From contig DATJOW010000095.1 of assembly GCA_035506715.1 (NCBI GenBank), positions 5,393-69,392 on the forward strand: a DNA stretch of 64,000 bases, in the 5' to 3' direction. Of the stretch, positions 1-8,781 are shown one piece after another. The number at the start of each line of letters is the position of its first letter. Within the stretch, counting starts at the first letter, position 1. The notes under the pieces are model-generated. The model did no database searches and was not told the DNA's origin. It saw nothing but the letters and a program-made list of their open reading frames with translations. The position numbers and the translations under genes were made by a program. Source of the DNA: Candidatus Acidiferrum sp. GTDB lineage: Bacteria > Verrucomicrobiota > Verrucomicrobiia > Limisphaerales > UBA11358.

Positions 1-536
1 CCGCGCGCGGGCGGGTCCCCGTGCGGGAATTTTTCCAGCAGCCGGACCGTGCCGAGCGAAAAGCTGTGGGCGAAATGCTTGTGCTCGCCCCGGCCCAGAA
101 TGAATTCCGTGCTGCCGCCGCCGACGTCCAGCAACAGCAGCGGCGTCCGGGCCAGCTCCGGGTCGGTCGTCACCCCCTGAAACGCCCACTCGGCCTCCTG
201 GTTGCCGGAGATGATTTCCACCTTCAGTTTCGCCGCGGCCTCGATGGCGGAAATCAGGTCGTCAGGATTGACCGCATCGCGCGCGGCGCTGGTGGCGATG
301 ACGCGCACCGCTGCGGCGCCTTGCTTGCGGGCGATCCGGGCGAAATCGGCGACGGCGTTGGCCGAATGGGCCACCGGCTCCAGTTGCAGCCGGTGAGTCT
401 CATAAAACCCGCGGCCCAGGCGGGTCTGCCGGCTTTCCTCATGCACCGGCTGCACGTCACGGCCGGCCACATCGGCCACCAACAGCTTGATCGAGTTGGT
501 GCCGACATCAATCACGGCGCGACGGACCGGTTGCAT
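1..536 (-). CDS. ppx: Ppx/GppA-family exopolyphosphatase, N-terminal part (gene continues past the window start)
   Basis: Open-ended, so absent from the ORF track. The reverse complement from the ATG (complement of 534-536) reads MQPVRRAVIDVGTNSIKLLVADVAGRDV...ATSAARDA...LLLLDVGGGSTEFILGRGEH. These are the DxGTNS and DxGGGSTE phosphate-binding motifs of Ppx/GppA. The + ORF 21..656 is its antisense shadow. Confidence 0.85.
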   Translation of the reverse strand, partial: MQPVRRAVIDVGTNSIKLLVADVAGRDVQPVHEESRQTRLGRGFYETHRLQLEPVAHSANAVADFARIARKQGAAAVRVIATSAARDAVNPDDLISAIEAAAKLKVEIISGNQEAEWAFQGVTTDPELARTPLLLLDVGGGSTEFILGRGEHKHFAHSFSLGTVRLLEKFPHGDPPAR

Positions 537-757
537 GGCGGGGCAGAGTATGCGGGGGGCGCGGAAACACCCAAGCGAAAAAGACCGCCCGGCGGCGCGT
601 CCCGGCTCGGAAGCCGGGAATTTGCGGGCTTGGCAGGAATTGTCACTCAAATGTAACTTGGCCGCGGTGGATTTGATCCATCCTGTGCCGGCAGAGCTCA
701 AGGCGGACGGCCACGGCGCCGGGCTTTGCCGTACCGGAACCTATCAGGCATCGCACC

Positions 758-1669
758 ATGAGCTGGCAAAAACGGGCGGACCCATCCAGGCCGCAGAGCG
801 TCGATGTGCTGCAGCACCTCCGGGAATCGCTGCAGACGCAGTGGCGGCGCTATCGCAAGCGGTTAAAACGCTGCCAGCAGCATTTTTCCGAGGATGCCGT
901 GCATGCTTCGCGCGTGGAGACGCGCCGGCTGCTGTCGATCCTGGAATTGATCGGCGCGTTTGTGCCCGAAAGCGACCTCCGCAAAGTCCGCCGCGACCTC
1001 AAGCGGCATCTCAACACTTTTGACCAACTACGGGATACCCAGGTCCAGCTGACGTATGTGGAGCGCATGGCCGGCAGTTTTCCCGATGCCTGGCCGTTTC
1101 ATGAGTGGCTGCGGGAACGCAAGGTGCGCTTCACCCGCAAAACCCGCAAGGCCGTCAAACAGATTAAGATCAGGCGCCTGGGCCGGCACCGGGCAGCCCT
1201 GGAAAGGGAAATCCGCCGCCAGCGCAAGCAGATTACCCGGGAACAGGCGTTTCAGGTGGTCGAGCGCGCCATCCATCAGGCGTTTGCCCAGGTGGCGCAA
1301 TTGTGCCGGCGGGTGCGGGCCACCGATACCCGGACCATTCACCGCACGCGGATCGCCTTCAAGCGCTTCCGCTACATGGTCGAGGCGATGGCGCCGCTGC
1401 TGCCCGCCGTCACCCAGGAACATCACCGGGCCATGCGCGGTTACCAGTGCATGATGGGCGACATCCAGGACATGGAAGTATTGCTGGCGGCCCTGGATAA
1501 ATTCGTGCAAAAAGAGGCGGTGGACCTGGCGTCGGCCCGGCGATTGAAGCGGGAACTGGCGCGCTGGCGCGAGATGCTGATCCAGGTTTATTTGAATGCC
1601 GCGGACCGGCTGCAGCGGTTCTGGCCGCCACCGGACCCGGGAAGCAAAAACGGACCTAAAGAATCATGA
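758..1669 (+). CDS. CHAD domain protein (polyphosphate-associated)
   Basis: 303-aa helical, His/Arg-rich ORF with CHAD-like segments (VHASRVETRRLLSILE, IHRTRIAFKRFRYMVEAM). Lies between ppx and sixA. Confidence 0.75.
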   Translation: MSWQKRADPSRPQSVDVLQHLRESLQTQWRRYRKRLKRCQQHFSEDAVHASRVETRRLLSILELIGAFVPESDLRKVRRDLKRHLNTFDQLRDTQVQLTYVERMAGSFPDAWPFHEWLRERKVRFTRKTRKAVKQIKIRRLGRHRAALEREIRRQRKQITREQAFQVVERAIHQAFAQVAQLCRRVRATDTRTIHRTRIAFKRFRYMVEAMAPLLPAVTQEHHRAMRGYQCMMGDIQDMEVLLAALDKFVQKEAVDLASARRLKRELARWREMLIQVYLNAADRLQRFWPPPDPGSKNGPKES

Positions 1670-2169
1670 ACCTTTACCTGCTTCGTCACGGCATCGCGGT
1701 GGAGCCCGGAACCGCCGGCTACGAGCTGGATTCCGAACGGCCCCTCACCGCCAAAGGCAAGAACCGCCTGCGGGCCGCGGCCCGGGCCATGGAGGCGCTC
1801 GAGCTTTCGTTTGACGTGATTCTCACCAGCCCGTACCTGCGGGCGAGGCAGACGGCCGAAATCATTGCCAAGGATCTCGGGCTGAGGAAAAGACTGGCCT
1901 TTTGCGACGAACTGACCCCGGCCGGCAACCCACGGCTGCTGATCCAACAACTGAACCAGATCCGGCCCGAACCGAAAAACGTCCTGCTGGTCGGCCACGA
2001 GCCGTATCTGGGCAAGCTCATCGCGCTGCTGGCGGCCGGGAACACCAGCCTGGAAATTGATTTTAAGAAGGGCGGCCTGTGCAAACTGGAGACTGAATTC
2101 CTGCTGTATGGCCGGTGCGCCCGACTGGTTTGGCTGCTCACCCCGCGACAATTGGAAAAGCTGGCCTGA
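1666..2169 (+). CDS. sixA: Phosphohistidine phosphatase SixA
   Basis: N-terminal LLRHGIA (RHG catalytic motif), TSPYLRARQTA, LLVGHEP. 167 aa. Its start overlaps the CHAD stop (ATGA). Confidence 0.85.
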   Translation: MNLYLLRHGIAVEPGTAGYELDSERPLTAKGKNRLRAAARAMEALELSFDVILTSPYLRARQTAEIIAKDLGLRKRLAFCDELTPAGNPRLLIQQLNQIRPEPKNVLLVGHEPYLGKLIALLAAGNTSLEIDFKKGGLCKLETEFLLYGRCARLVWLLTPRQLEKLA

Positions 2170-2174
2170 CCCGG

Positions 2175-2555
2175 TCAGCCGACGCGAAAGGAGATGCGCT
2201 GGATCAGGTTCCGGCCGAAACTGTGCTGCAGCCGGTCGAGGATTTCCTTGCGGCGATAACGGACAATTTCCGAAAGCCAGACGCTGCTGTCCACGTTCAC
2301 GAACAACGTCCCGTTCCGGATGCCCGCCGGCTGCGCGTGCGCGACGATGTTCGGGTCGATGAGCGAATTCCAGACCTTGATGATTTCCGCCTCGGCCTGC
2401 CGCTGGTCGAGGCGCAAGCCCTTCGTCACACCCGGCAGCAGGTCATCCACGCGGCGCGCCCGTACGGCCCGCGCGGTTTCCAGCGGGGCGAAATCCGCGC
2501 CGCGCCATTGCGCGAGGACGCGCTGGCGGGCGGATATCTTCTTTGGCGCTGGCAT
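2175..2555 (-). CDS. DUF721 (DciA-like) domain protein
   Basis: IIKVWNSLIDPNIVAHAQPAGIRNGTLFVNVDSSVWLSEIVRYRRKEILDRL matches the DUF721 core pattern. I prefer the ATG at 2555 over the TTG at 2573 used by the ORF track. Confidence 0.6.
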   Translation of the reverse strand: MPAPKKISARQRVLAQWRGADFAPLETARAVRARRVDDLLPGVTKGLRLDQRQAEAEIIKVWNSLIDPNIVAHAQPAGIRNGTLFVNVDSSVWLSEIVRYRRKEILDRLQHSFGRNLIQRISFRVG

Positions 2556-2579
2556 GGCTCCGATTTGCCCCAATCTGGA

Positions 2580-2607
2580 CTGAAAACCGAACGCTGAAAA
2601 CCGAAAA
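2580..2607. repeat. Heptamer-phased tandem array CTGAAAA CCGAACG CTGAAAA CCGAAAA (14-nt unit x2)
   Basis: Read directly from the sequence. On the minus strand it is TTTTCGG TTTTCAG CGTTCGG TTTTCAG, immediately upstream of the DUF721 start. It is followed by the small GC hairpin GATCGCCG(2614-2621)/CGGCGATC(2630-2637). Confidence 0.7.
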
Positions 2608-2691
2608 CTCTCCGATCGCCGCCCCCGGCCGGCGATCCGGCGGCGACTTTTGGGCTTGCAATTTTATACTTTGTGTGGCAAAGTCATTGAC

Positions 2692-3306
2692 ATGGAATCG
2701 AATTGGGCCGAAAGACACCTGCAAACCATCCGGACCTTGATGGAACGTTCCGCCATCTACCGCCGGGCGCTGGCGCCCATCATGCTCTTTGCCGGCGGGA
2801 TTGGGCTGCTGACGATGGTGCTGGGGTTGTGTTTTGACATCAATTCCAGCCGCGGTTTTTGCGGACTTTGGCTGGCGGCGGCGGTGGTAGCGGTGGCCGG
2901 GGCTTTCTGCCTTGCCCGGCGGCAGGCCATCCAGGATCGCGAGCCGTTCTGGTCGCCACCCACCCGGCGGGTCACCCAGGCGCTGGTGCCGCCCCTGCTC
3001 GCGGGATTCTGCCTGGGATTGCTCCTGCTGGTCTTCGGTCGCGGCATTGAGCTGGCAGTGGCACTGATCTGGATTTTGTTTTACGGTTGCGCGCTGCACG
3101 CCGCCGGGTTTTTCATGCCGCGGGGAATCAAATGGTTTGGCTGGATTTTTATGTTCAGTTCCTGCGCCATTTTTTGCGTTTTCCTGTTCCGTTGGGTCGA
3201 TTTTACCGTCAATCCGCATGAGTTGATGGGCCTGTTCTTCGGCATCCTGCATCTGATGTATGGCGCGTATTTGTATCTGACGGAGAAAGGAAAGAATGCG
3301 GTGTGA
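2692..3306 (+). CDS. Polytopic membrane protein, function unknown
   Basis: ORF 2650..3306, with the internal ATG at 2692 (MESNWAERHLQ) preferred. It has several long hydrophobic segments. Its stop overlaps the GTG start of the downstream regulator (GTGA at 3303-3306). Confidence 0.6.
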   Translation: MESNWAERHLQTIRTLMERSAIYRRALAPIMLFAGGIGLLTMVLGLCFDINSSRGFCGLWLAAAVVAVAGAFCLARRQAIQDREPFWSPPTRRVTQALVPPLLAGFCLGLLLLVFGRGIELAVALIWILFYGCALHAAGFFMPRGIKWFGWIFMFSSCAIFCVFLFRWVDFTVNPHELMGLFFGILHLMYGAYLYLTEKGKNAV

Positions 3307-3608
3307 ACCCGGAACCTTTTCTCCAGCTCGATCGTGTGATCCACGAGAAAGGCCGGCTGGCCATCATGTCCATGCTCGCCGCGGCGCCCGAACTGTCCTT
3401 CACCGAGCTGCGCGACGCGCTGGCCATGACCGACGGCAATCTCACCACGCACATCCGCGCCCTGCAGCAGGAAGGCTACGTGGCGGTGGCCAAATCGTTC
3501 CAAAACCGCCGCCCGCTCACGACCTGCGCACTGACGGCGGCCGGGCGCAAGGCGTTTGGTGATTACATCAACCTGCTCGAGCAAATCGTCCGGCAAACCA
3601 AAAAGTAA
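3303..3608 (+). CDS. Winged-helix transcriptional regulator (HTH_34/ArsR-MarR-like)
   Basis: 101 aa. RVIHEKGRLAIMSMLAA...FTELRDALAMTDGNLTTHIRALQQEGYVAV is a typical wHTH recognition helix plus wing. Confidence 0.7.
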   Translation: MNPEPFLQLDRVIHEKGRLAIMSMLAAAPELSFTELRDALAMTDGNLTTHIRALQQEGYVAVAKSFQNRRPLTTCALTAAGRKAFGDYINLLEQIVRQTKK

Positions 3609-3643
3609 ACCCATGATTGAACAACCTGGAAACGTCATGGTCT

Positions 3644-3666
3644 TTTACTTTGTATCACAAAGTAAA
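3644..3666. promoter_or_regulatory. Perfect 23-bp AT-rich palindrome TTTACTTTGT-atc-ACAAAGTAAA abutting the ispH ATG
   Basis: Arms at 3644-3653 and 3657-3666 are exact reverse complements. The last A is the A of the ispH ATG (3666). It lies between the wHTH regulator and ispH. Confidence 0.55.
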
Positions 3667-4565
3667 TGGCGATGTTGATTATGAAAATCATTCGAGCCGA
3701 GCATTTGGGCATGTGTTTCGGGGTGAAAGACGCCATCGCGCTGGCGCAGGAGGCCGCGAAACACAGCCCGCTGACCGTCCTGGGCGACCTCGTCCACAAC
3801 GAAGCCGTGCTGGCGGATTTGCGGGCGGCGGGCCTCCGGTTTGCTCAACAGCCGGGCGAGGTGCAAACGCGCGCCGTGATGATCACGGCGCACGGGGCTT
3901 CGGAACGGGCCAAGAACGCGGTTCGCGCTCGCGGCCTGAACGTGCTGGAGGCGACCTGCCCGCTGGTGCACGTCGCCCATCGCAGCCTGTTCCGGTTGGT
4001 CCGGGACGGGTTTCATCCGGTCGTCGTCGGGAAACGCGACCACGTGGAGGTGCGCGGTTTGACCGGGGACCTCGATAATTTCGACGTGGTGCTGGACGAG
4101 GACGACGTGTCCCGATTGCGCGAGCGGCCGCGCTTCGGCGTCGTGGCCCAAACCACCCAGCCGATTGAGAGAGTACGGCAGTTGGTCCAGTTGCTGCGGG
4201 AACGTTTCCCCCGATCGGAGATCCGGTTCATCGACACAGTCTGCCAGCCGACCAAGCAGCGGCAACATGCGGCGGTTGAACTGGCCCAAAAATGCGACGT
4301 GGTTGTGGTCATCGGCGGCGCGCATAGCAACAACACCCACGAACTGGCCAATACCTGTGCCCGCTATTGCCATCGGGTGCACCACGTGCAAACCGCCGCC
4401 GACCTGCACGACGAGTGGTTTCATCCCTCCGACATCGTGGGGATCACAGCAGGCACTTCCACACCCGACGCAATCGTTGCCGGAGTTGAACAGGCGCTTC
4501 ACCAGTTGGCCGACCGGGGCACCGCGCCCCGCCTGGAAACGGTTGGCAGTTCAATCCAAAAATGA
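3666..4565 (+). CDS. ispH: 4-hydroxy-3-methylbut-2-enyl diphosphate reductase IspH/LytB
   Basis: The three cluster-ligand Cys contexts are present (HLGMCFGV, EATCPLVHV, FIDTVCQPT), along with GGAHSNNT. 299 aa. Confidence 0.9.
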   Translation: MAMLIMKIIRAEHLGMCFGVKDAIALAQEAAKHSPLTVLGDLVHNEAVLADLRAAGLRFAQQPGEVQTRAVMITAHGASERAKNAVRARGLNVLEATCPLVHVAHRSLFRLVRDGFHPVVVGKRDHVEVRGLTGDLDNFDVVLDEDDVSRLRERPRFGVVAQTTQPIERVRQLVQLLRERFPRSEIRFIDTVCQPTKQRQHAAVELAQKCDVVVVIGGAHSNNTHELANTCARYCHRVHHVQTAADLHDEWFHPSDIVGITAGTSTPDAIVAGVEQALHQLADRGTAPRLETVGSSIQK

Positions 4566-6136
4566 ATCCGTTTACTTCCTGGTTTGAAAAGGTGCCCGAC
4601 GATCCGTTCTATCAGCCGCGCCCGCCGCTTTGGTTGCCGCGCGAAATGTCGGAGGCGCCGTCCCTGCCGGCGCCTTTGCCCGGCCGCCGGCCGGAACCAC
4701 GGACATCGCTGCTGATCAATCCGTTTTATGCCAAATCTCCCCACGGAAGTTTTGGCAAGCACGTGCTTACGCCGACGCTCGCGCTGACATCGGTGGCCGG
4801 CGCGACCCCGGCGCACTGGCAAGTGCGTTACTGGGATGAAAATCTGTTGCAGGGCCCGCCACCGAACGAGCCCTTGCCGGAGGTGGTGGGCATCACGGTG
4901 CACCTGACGTTTGCCCGGCGGGCGTACGAGCTGGCGGCGTGGTACCGCGCCCAGGGGAGCAGGGTCATTCTCGGCGGCCTGCATGTTCAATCCTGCCCGG
5001 CGGAGGTAGCGCCGCACGCCGATGCGGTGGCCATCGGCGATGGTGTCCAGCTTTGGCCCGAAATCCTAAACGATGTTGAACACGGCCGGTTGAGACCGCG
5101 CTACGAGGCGACTTATGAGCGGCCTTATGCGCTCGACCCGCCGCCGCGCCGTGATTTGCTTGCGCGCAACAGCTATTTGACGACCGCCAGCCTCATCGCC
5201 ACGCGCGGCTGCCACAATCGCTGCGATTTTTGCTACCTGTCCACCGAAGGCCTGCGGATGCCCTACCGCGTGCGCGACCCGGAAGACATCCGCCGGCAGT
5301 TCGCCGCCGACGGCCAGCCCTACGCCGTGTTCATTGACAATAATCTGGGTTCGCAGCACGACTATCTGCGCAAGCTCTGCCGTGCTCTGCGGCCGGCAAA
5401 AAAAATCTGGAGCGCGGCGGTCACCCTCGATGTCACGGATGAGCCGGCCCTCGTGCGGGAAATGGCGCTGGCCGGCTGCACCGGCGTGTTCATCGGGTTC
5501 GAGTCGCTCACGGATGAAAATCTCACGGCGGCGCGGAAACGCACGCCGCGGGCGGAGGATTATGCGCGGCGGGTCCGTCTTTTTCATGAGCATGGCATCC
5601 AGGTCAATGGCAGCTTTGTCGTCGGGTTCGACGGTGACAGCAAGGATACCTTCCCGACGCTGGTCCAATGGATCGAGGCCAACCGGATGGAATGCGCCAC
5701 GTTCCACATTCTGACGCCGTATCCGGGGACGCCGCTGTTCCGGCGGCTGGAAGCCGAGGGACGGCTGTTGCATCGCGACTGGGAGAAGTACGACACCGCG
5801 CACGTGGTCTTCCGCCCGAAGCGGCTCACACCGGAGGAGTTGTTGCTGGGCTATGACTGGCTCTACCGGCGGTTGTTCTCGCACGCCTCCATCTGGCGGC
5901 GGCGGCCGGCGGAACTCGCGGCGCTGCCCGCTTATTTCGCCGGCAGCTATCTCTACAAGCGGTCAAACCGGCTCTGGCGTTTCCTCATTCGACATCAACT
6001 GGTTCACGCCGCCTGGCGGCCGCTGGTGGAAGTGACCCGCTGGCGGCACCTGGCCTTCCGCCGCCGCCTGGCAGCCCGGTTGGAAACGCAAAAAGGTCCA
6101 GCGGTTTGCGGAACGCCCTTTCCGGCCAGCGTATGA
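4562..6136 (+). CDS. B12-binding-domain radical SAM protein (class B)
   Basis: N-terminal Rossmann-like B12-binding region (LLINPFY...VVGITVHL...VILGGLH), then the radical SAM motif RGCHNRCDFCY. Its start overlaps the ispH stop (ATGA). Confidence 0.8.
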   Translation: MNPFTSWFEKVPDDPFYQPRPPLWLPREMSEAPSLPAPLPGRRPEPRTSLLINPFYAKSPHGSFGKHVLTPTLALTSVAGATPAHWQVRYWDENLLQGPPPNEPLPEVVGITVHLTFARRAYELAAWYRAQGSRVILGGLHVQSCPAEVAPHADAVAIGDGVQLWPEILNDVEHGRLRPRYEATYERPYALDPPPRRDLLARNSYLTTASLIATRGCHNRCDFCYLSTEGLRMPYRVRDPEDIRRQFAADGQPYAVFIDNNLGSQHDYLRKLCRALRPAKKIWSAAVTLDVTDEPALVREMALAGCTGVFIGFESLTDENLTAARKRTPRAEDYARRVRLFHEHGIQVNGSFVVGFDGDSKDTFPTLVQWIEANRMECATFHILTPYPGTPLFRRLEAEGRLLHRDWEKYDTAHVVFRPKRLTPEELLLGYDWLYRRLFSHASIWRRRPAELAALPAYFAGSYLYKRSNRLWRFLIRHQLVHAAWRPLVEVTRWRHLAFRRRLAARLETQKGPAVCGTPFPASV

Positions 6137-7554
6137 ATAAAGCCGTCTCCCATGAGCCGGTTCCGATTTCCGCCGCGGGTGCGGCGGCAAATCTCCGGAA
6201 GCGTATCCTGTTGATCACGCCGGAAAACCCGGAGATCAACCGGGTCCGCCGGAGACAACTCAACAATTTCACGCAAATAACCATGCCCTACCTGGCGGGG
6301 TTTATTGACGAAGCCCGCTACCAGATCGAGTTGGTGGACGAATACAACCAGCGCGTTCCTTACGCGCGTCCGGTGGATCTCGTGGCCATCACGGTGAACA
6401 CGCCCAATGCGCCGCACTGCTACCGGATGGCGGCGCGCTTCCGGGCGCGCGGCGCCCGGGTGGTGATGGGCGGGCCGCACGCCACGTTGCGGCCGGATGA
6501 GGCGGCCCGGCACTGCGACCATCTGGTGGAGGGTGAAGCGGAGGAGACCTGGCCGCAGTTCCTCGACGAGTTTTACCGCGGGTGCGCCGTCCCGCGCTAT
6601 CAATCCGCCCGCCCGCCATCGCTGGCCGGTCTGCCTGTTCCGCGGCGTGATCTGATTCGGCGCCGGTATTTCACCAAGGGGGCGGTGTTCGCCACCCGCG
6701 GCTGCCCGTACCATTGCAGCTACTGCAATCTCAAACAGATTTACCACGCCGGCTTCCGCACCCGGCCGGTGCCCGAGGTGCTGGCGGATATTCAAAGCAT
6801 GTCCAACCGGTATTTCGTTTTCTGGGACGACAATTTTTTCGGCGATGTGGACTATGCCGCCCGGCTGCTGACCGCGTTGAAGCCGCTGCACCGGCGTTGG
6901 GCGGCCCAAGTGAGCATTGATCGGTGCACCGATGACCGGCTCTTGCAGCTGGCCCGCGACGCCGGATGTGTCTATCTGTTCATCGGCCTGGAATCCTTCT
7001 CCGAGGCCGGCCTGGCCAGCGTGAACAAGGGATTCAACCACGTGTCGCGCTACGCGGAACTCATCCGGCGCATCCATCGCCACGGCATCTGCGTGCAGGC
7101 GGGCGTCATGTTCGGCTTTGATGCCGACGGCAACGATGTTTTTGCACGGACGCTGGCAGCCTGCGAATCCATGGGCATTGACGGCGTGACGGTGAGCGTG
7201 TTGACGCCGCTCCCCGGGACGAGGCTGTATGAAGAAATGAAACGCGCCGGCCGGCTGGCCAGCGATGACTGGGCCTGGTTCAATGGCAAGACGCGCGTGG
7301 CGTTCCGGCCGCAGCAAATGTCCGCCGAAGAGTTGTTTGCCGGTTACCTGTGGTTCCGGCGGCAATTCTATTCGTTCCGGTCCCTGTTCAAGCGGATGGC
7401 GGTGTCGCGCACGAATCTCGTCCACAATTTTCTGGTCAACCTCGGCTACCGCTGGTCGCTGGAACCGGTTGGGAGTGAAGCCGGGCAACCAAGGCCTGTC
7501 CCCGCGGCGCGGGCGGGGAAATTTATCGGCGCGAAAATGGCCACGGCAGTTTAG
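6133..7554 (+). CDS. B12-binding-domain radical SAM protein (class B), paralogue of the preceding gene
   Basis: ILLITPENP...VAITVNT...VVMGGPH followed by RGCPYHCSYCN. The ATG at 6133 overlaps the upstream stop (ATGA 6133-6136). Confidence 0.8.
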   Translation: MNKAVSHEPVPISAAGAAANLRKRILLITPENPEINRVRRRQLNNFTQITMPYLAGFIDEARYQIELVDEYNQRVPYARPVDLVAITVNTPNAPHCYRMAARFRARGARVVMGGPHATLRPDEAARHCDHLVEGEAEETWPQFLDEFYRGCAVPRYQSARPPSLAGLPVPRRDLIRRRYFTKGAVFATRGCPYHCSYCNLKQIYHAGFRTRPVPEVLADIQSMSNRYFVFWDDNFFGDVDYAARLLTALKPLHRRWAAQVSIDRCTDDRLLQLARDAGCVYLFIGLESFSEAGLASVNKGFNHVSRYAELIRRIHRHGICVQAGVMFGFDADGNDVFARTLAACESMGIDGVTVSVLTPLPGTRLYEEMKRAGRLASDDWAWFNGKTRVAFRPQQMSAEELFAGYLWFRRQFYSFRSLFKRMAVSRTNLVHNFLVNLGYRWSLEPVGSEAGQPRPVPAARAGKFIGAKMATAV

Positions 7555-7593
7555 GGAAATGACTTTAGCGGTGGCGCGGCGTTTGCCACTCTT

Positions 7594-8781
7594 ATGAAAA
7601 CGCGAATGAAACGAATTCTGGCCGGATTAACGGCTTTGACCATCGCGGCGTTCCTCTGGCTGCCATGCCTGCATCTCCTTTTCGCCCGGCCCGCTTCCAA
7701 CCTCCGACAGGACCCGGGTCTTTCACCCCGGGCGCGCCAACTGGCGGCCCGGCATTTGCAGCTCTGGACTGAACCCGCGTTACGTGAAACGGAGCTCAAA
7801 AAAATGCGGGCGAGCAACGCGGAATGGGATTTCATGGGGCGCAGCTATCTGGTCTGGTCGCTGGCCAACATGGCCCTGCGCGACCCGGCCGCCCGGGCGC
7901 GTTACCTGCAGACGATGGACCAGATCATCAAGGAAACCCTGCGGCTCGAGCAACAGGAAGGCATGTATTTCTTTCTGATGCCCTACGCCAGGGACCGGCA
8001 CTATCTGGCGCAACCGGCGCACAGCCTCTTTCTGGACAGCGAGATCGCCCTGATGCTGGCCGCGCGCCGGGTGGTGGCCGAGAAACCGGAATACAAAACC
8101 CTGCTGGCCGAACGCGTGAACGGCATGGTCGAGCGCTTCCGGCAAAGTCCGCACCTGCTGCTGGAAAGTTATCCCGACGAATGCTGGATGTTCGATCACT
8201 GCATTGCGCTGGATGCCATCAAGCTGGCCGATTACCTCGACGGCTCCGATCACTCGGCGTTGATTCGCGACTGGCTCACGATGGCCAAACGCAAGCTGGT
8301 GGACCGCGAATCGGGCCTCCTGATTTCCAGTTTCACGGCCGACGGTGTCCCGCTGGACGGCCCGGAGGGCTCCAGCATCTGGATGGTGGTGCACAGCCTG
8401 CAATTGCTCGATGAGGACTTTGCCCGCGACCAGTATCAACGCGCCCGGAAGGAACTGGGCGAAACCACCCTGGGCTTCGGATACGCCCACGAATGGCCGA
8501 AATCGTGGAAAGGCCAGGCGGACGTGGATTCGGGCCCGATTGTTCCCGGATTCAACATCAGCGCCGGTTCGAGCGGCATGGCGTTCGTCGGTGCCGCCTC
8601 GTTCGGGGACGACCAGTTCCTGGTGCCGCTGGCGGCCACCCTGGATTTTGCCGGGTTTCCCTCGCGGTCCCACGGCCGGCTGAAATATTGCGCGAGCAAT
8701 GAGGTGGGCGACGCGGCCTTGCTGTATGCGGCGACCCTCGGACCGCTTTGGCAAAAGGTGAAAACCGGAATCAAACCATGA
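7594..8781 (+). CDS. Signal-anchored all-alpha protein; possible linalool dehydratase/isomerase (Ldi)-like (alpha/alpha)6 barrel
   Basis: N-terminal hydrophobic anchor (ILAGLTALTIAAFLWL). The segment SYPDECWMFDHCIALDAIKLADYLDGSDHSALIRDWLTMAKRKLVDRESGLL resembles, from my memory only, the Cys-pair active-site region of Ldi. Not verified. Confidence 0.35.
   Translation: MKTRMKRILAGLTALTIAAFLWLPCLHLLFARPASNLRQDPGLSPRARQLAARHLQLWTEPALRETELKKMRASNAEWDFMGRSYLVWSLANMALRDPAARARYLQTMDQIIKETLRLEQQEGMYFFLMPYARDRHYLAQPAHSLFLDSEIALMLAARRVVAEKPEYKTLLAERVNGMVERFRQSPHLLLESYPDECWMFDHCIALDAIKLADYLDGSDHSALIRDWLTMAKRKLVDRESGLLISSFTADGVPLDGPEGSSIWMVVHSLQLLDEDFARDQYQRARKELGETTLGFGYAHEWPKSWKGQADVDSGPIVPGFNISAGSSGMAFVGAASFGDDQFLVPLAATLDFAGFPSRSHGRLKYCASNEVGDAALLYAATLGPLWQKVKTGIKP

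Noticed and set aside
21-656. 211-aa + strand ORF at the window start
   Set aside because: It is the antisense shadow of the ppx gene. The minus strand gives clean Ppx/GppA motifs, while the + strand product is Arg/Gly/Ala-rich nonsense.
630-660. Possible sigma-54 promoter (TGGCAG-N5-GTCAC) in the ppx/CHAD divergent region
   Set aside because: The downstream element does not match TTGC, so this is only a partial resemblance.
6004-7488. Long ORFs antisense to confidently assigned genes (also 36423..38453, 28093..29481, 31314..32738, 58770..59894, 63072..63794, 7780..8754, 3645..4502)
   Set aside because: These are typical high-GC shadow ORFs. Their products are Arg/Pro/Gly/His-rich and motif-free, and each overlaps a gene with strong family signatures on the other strand.
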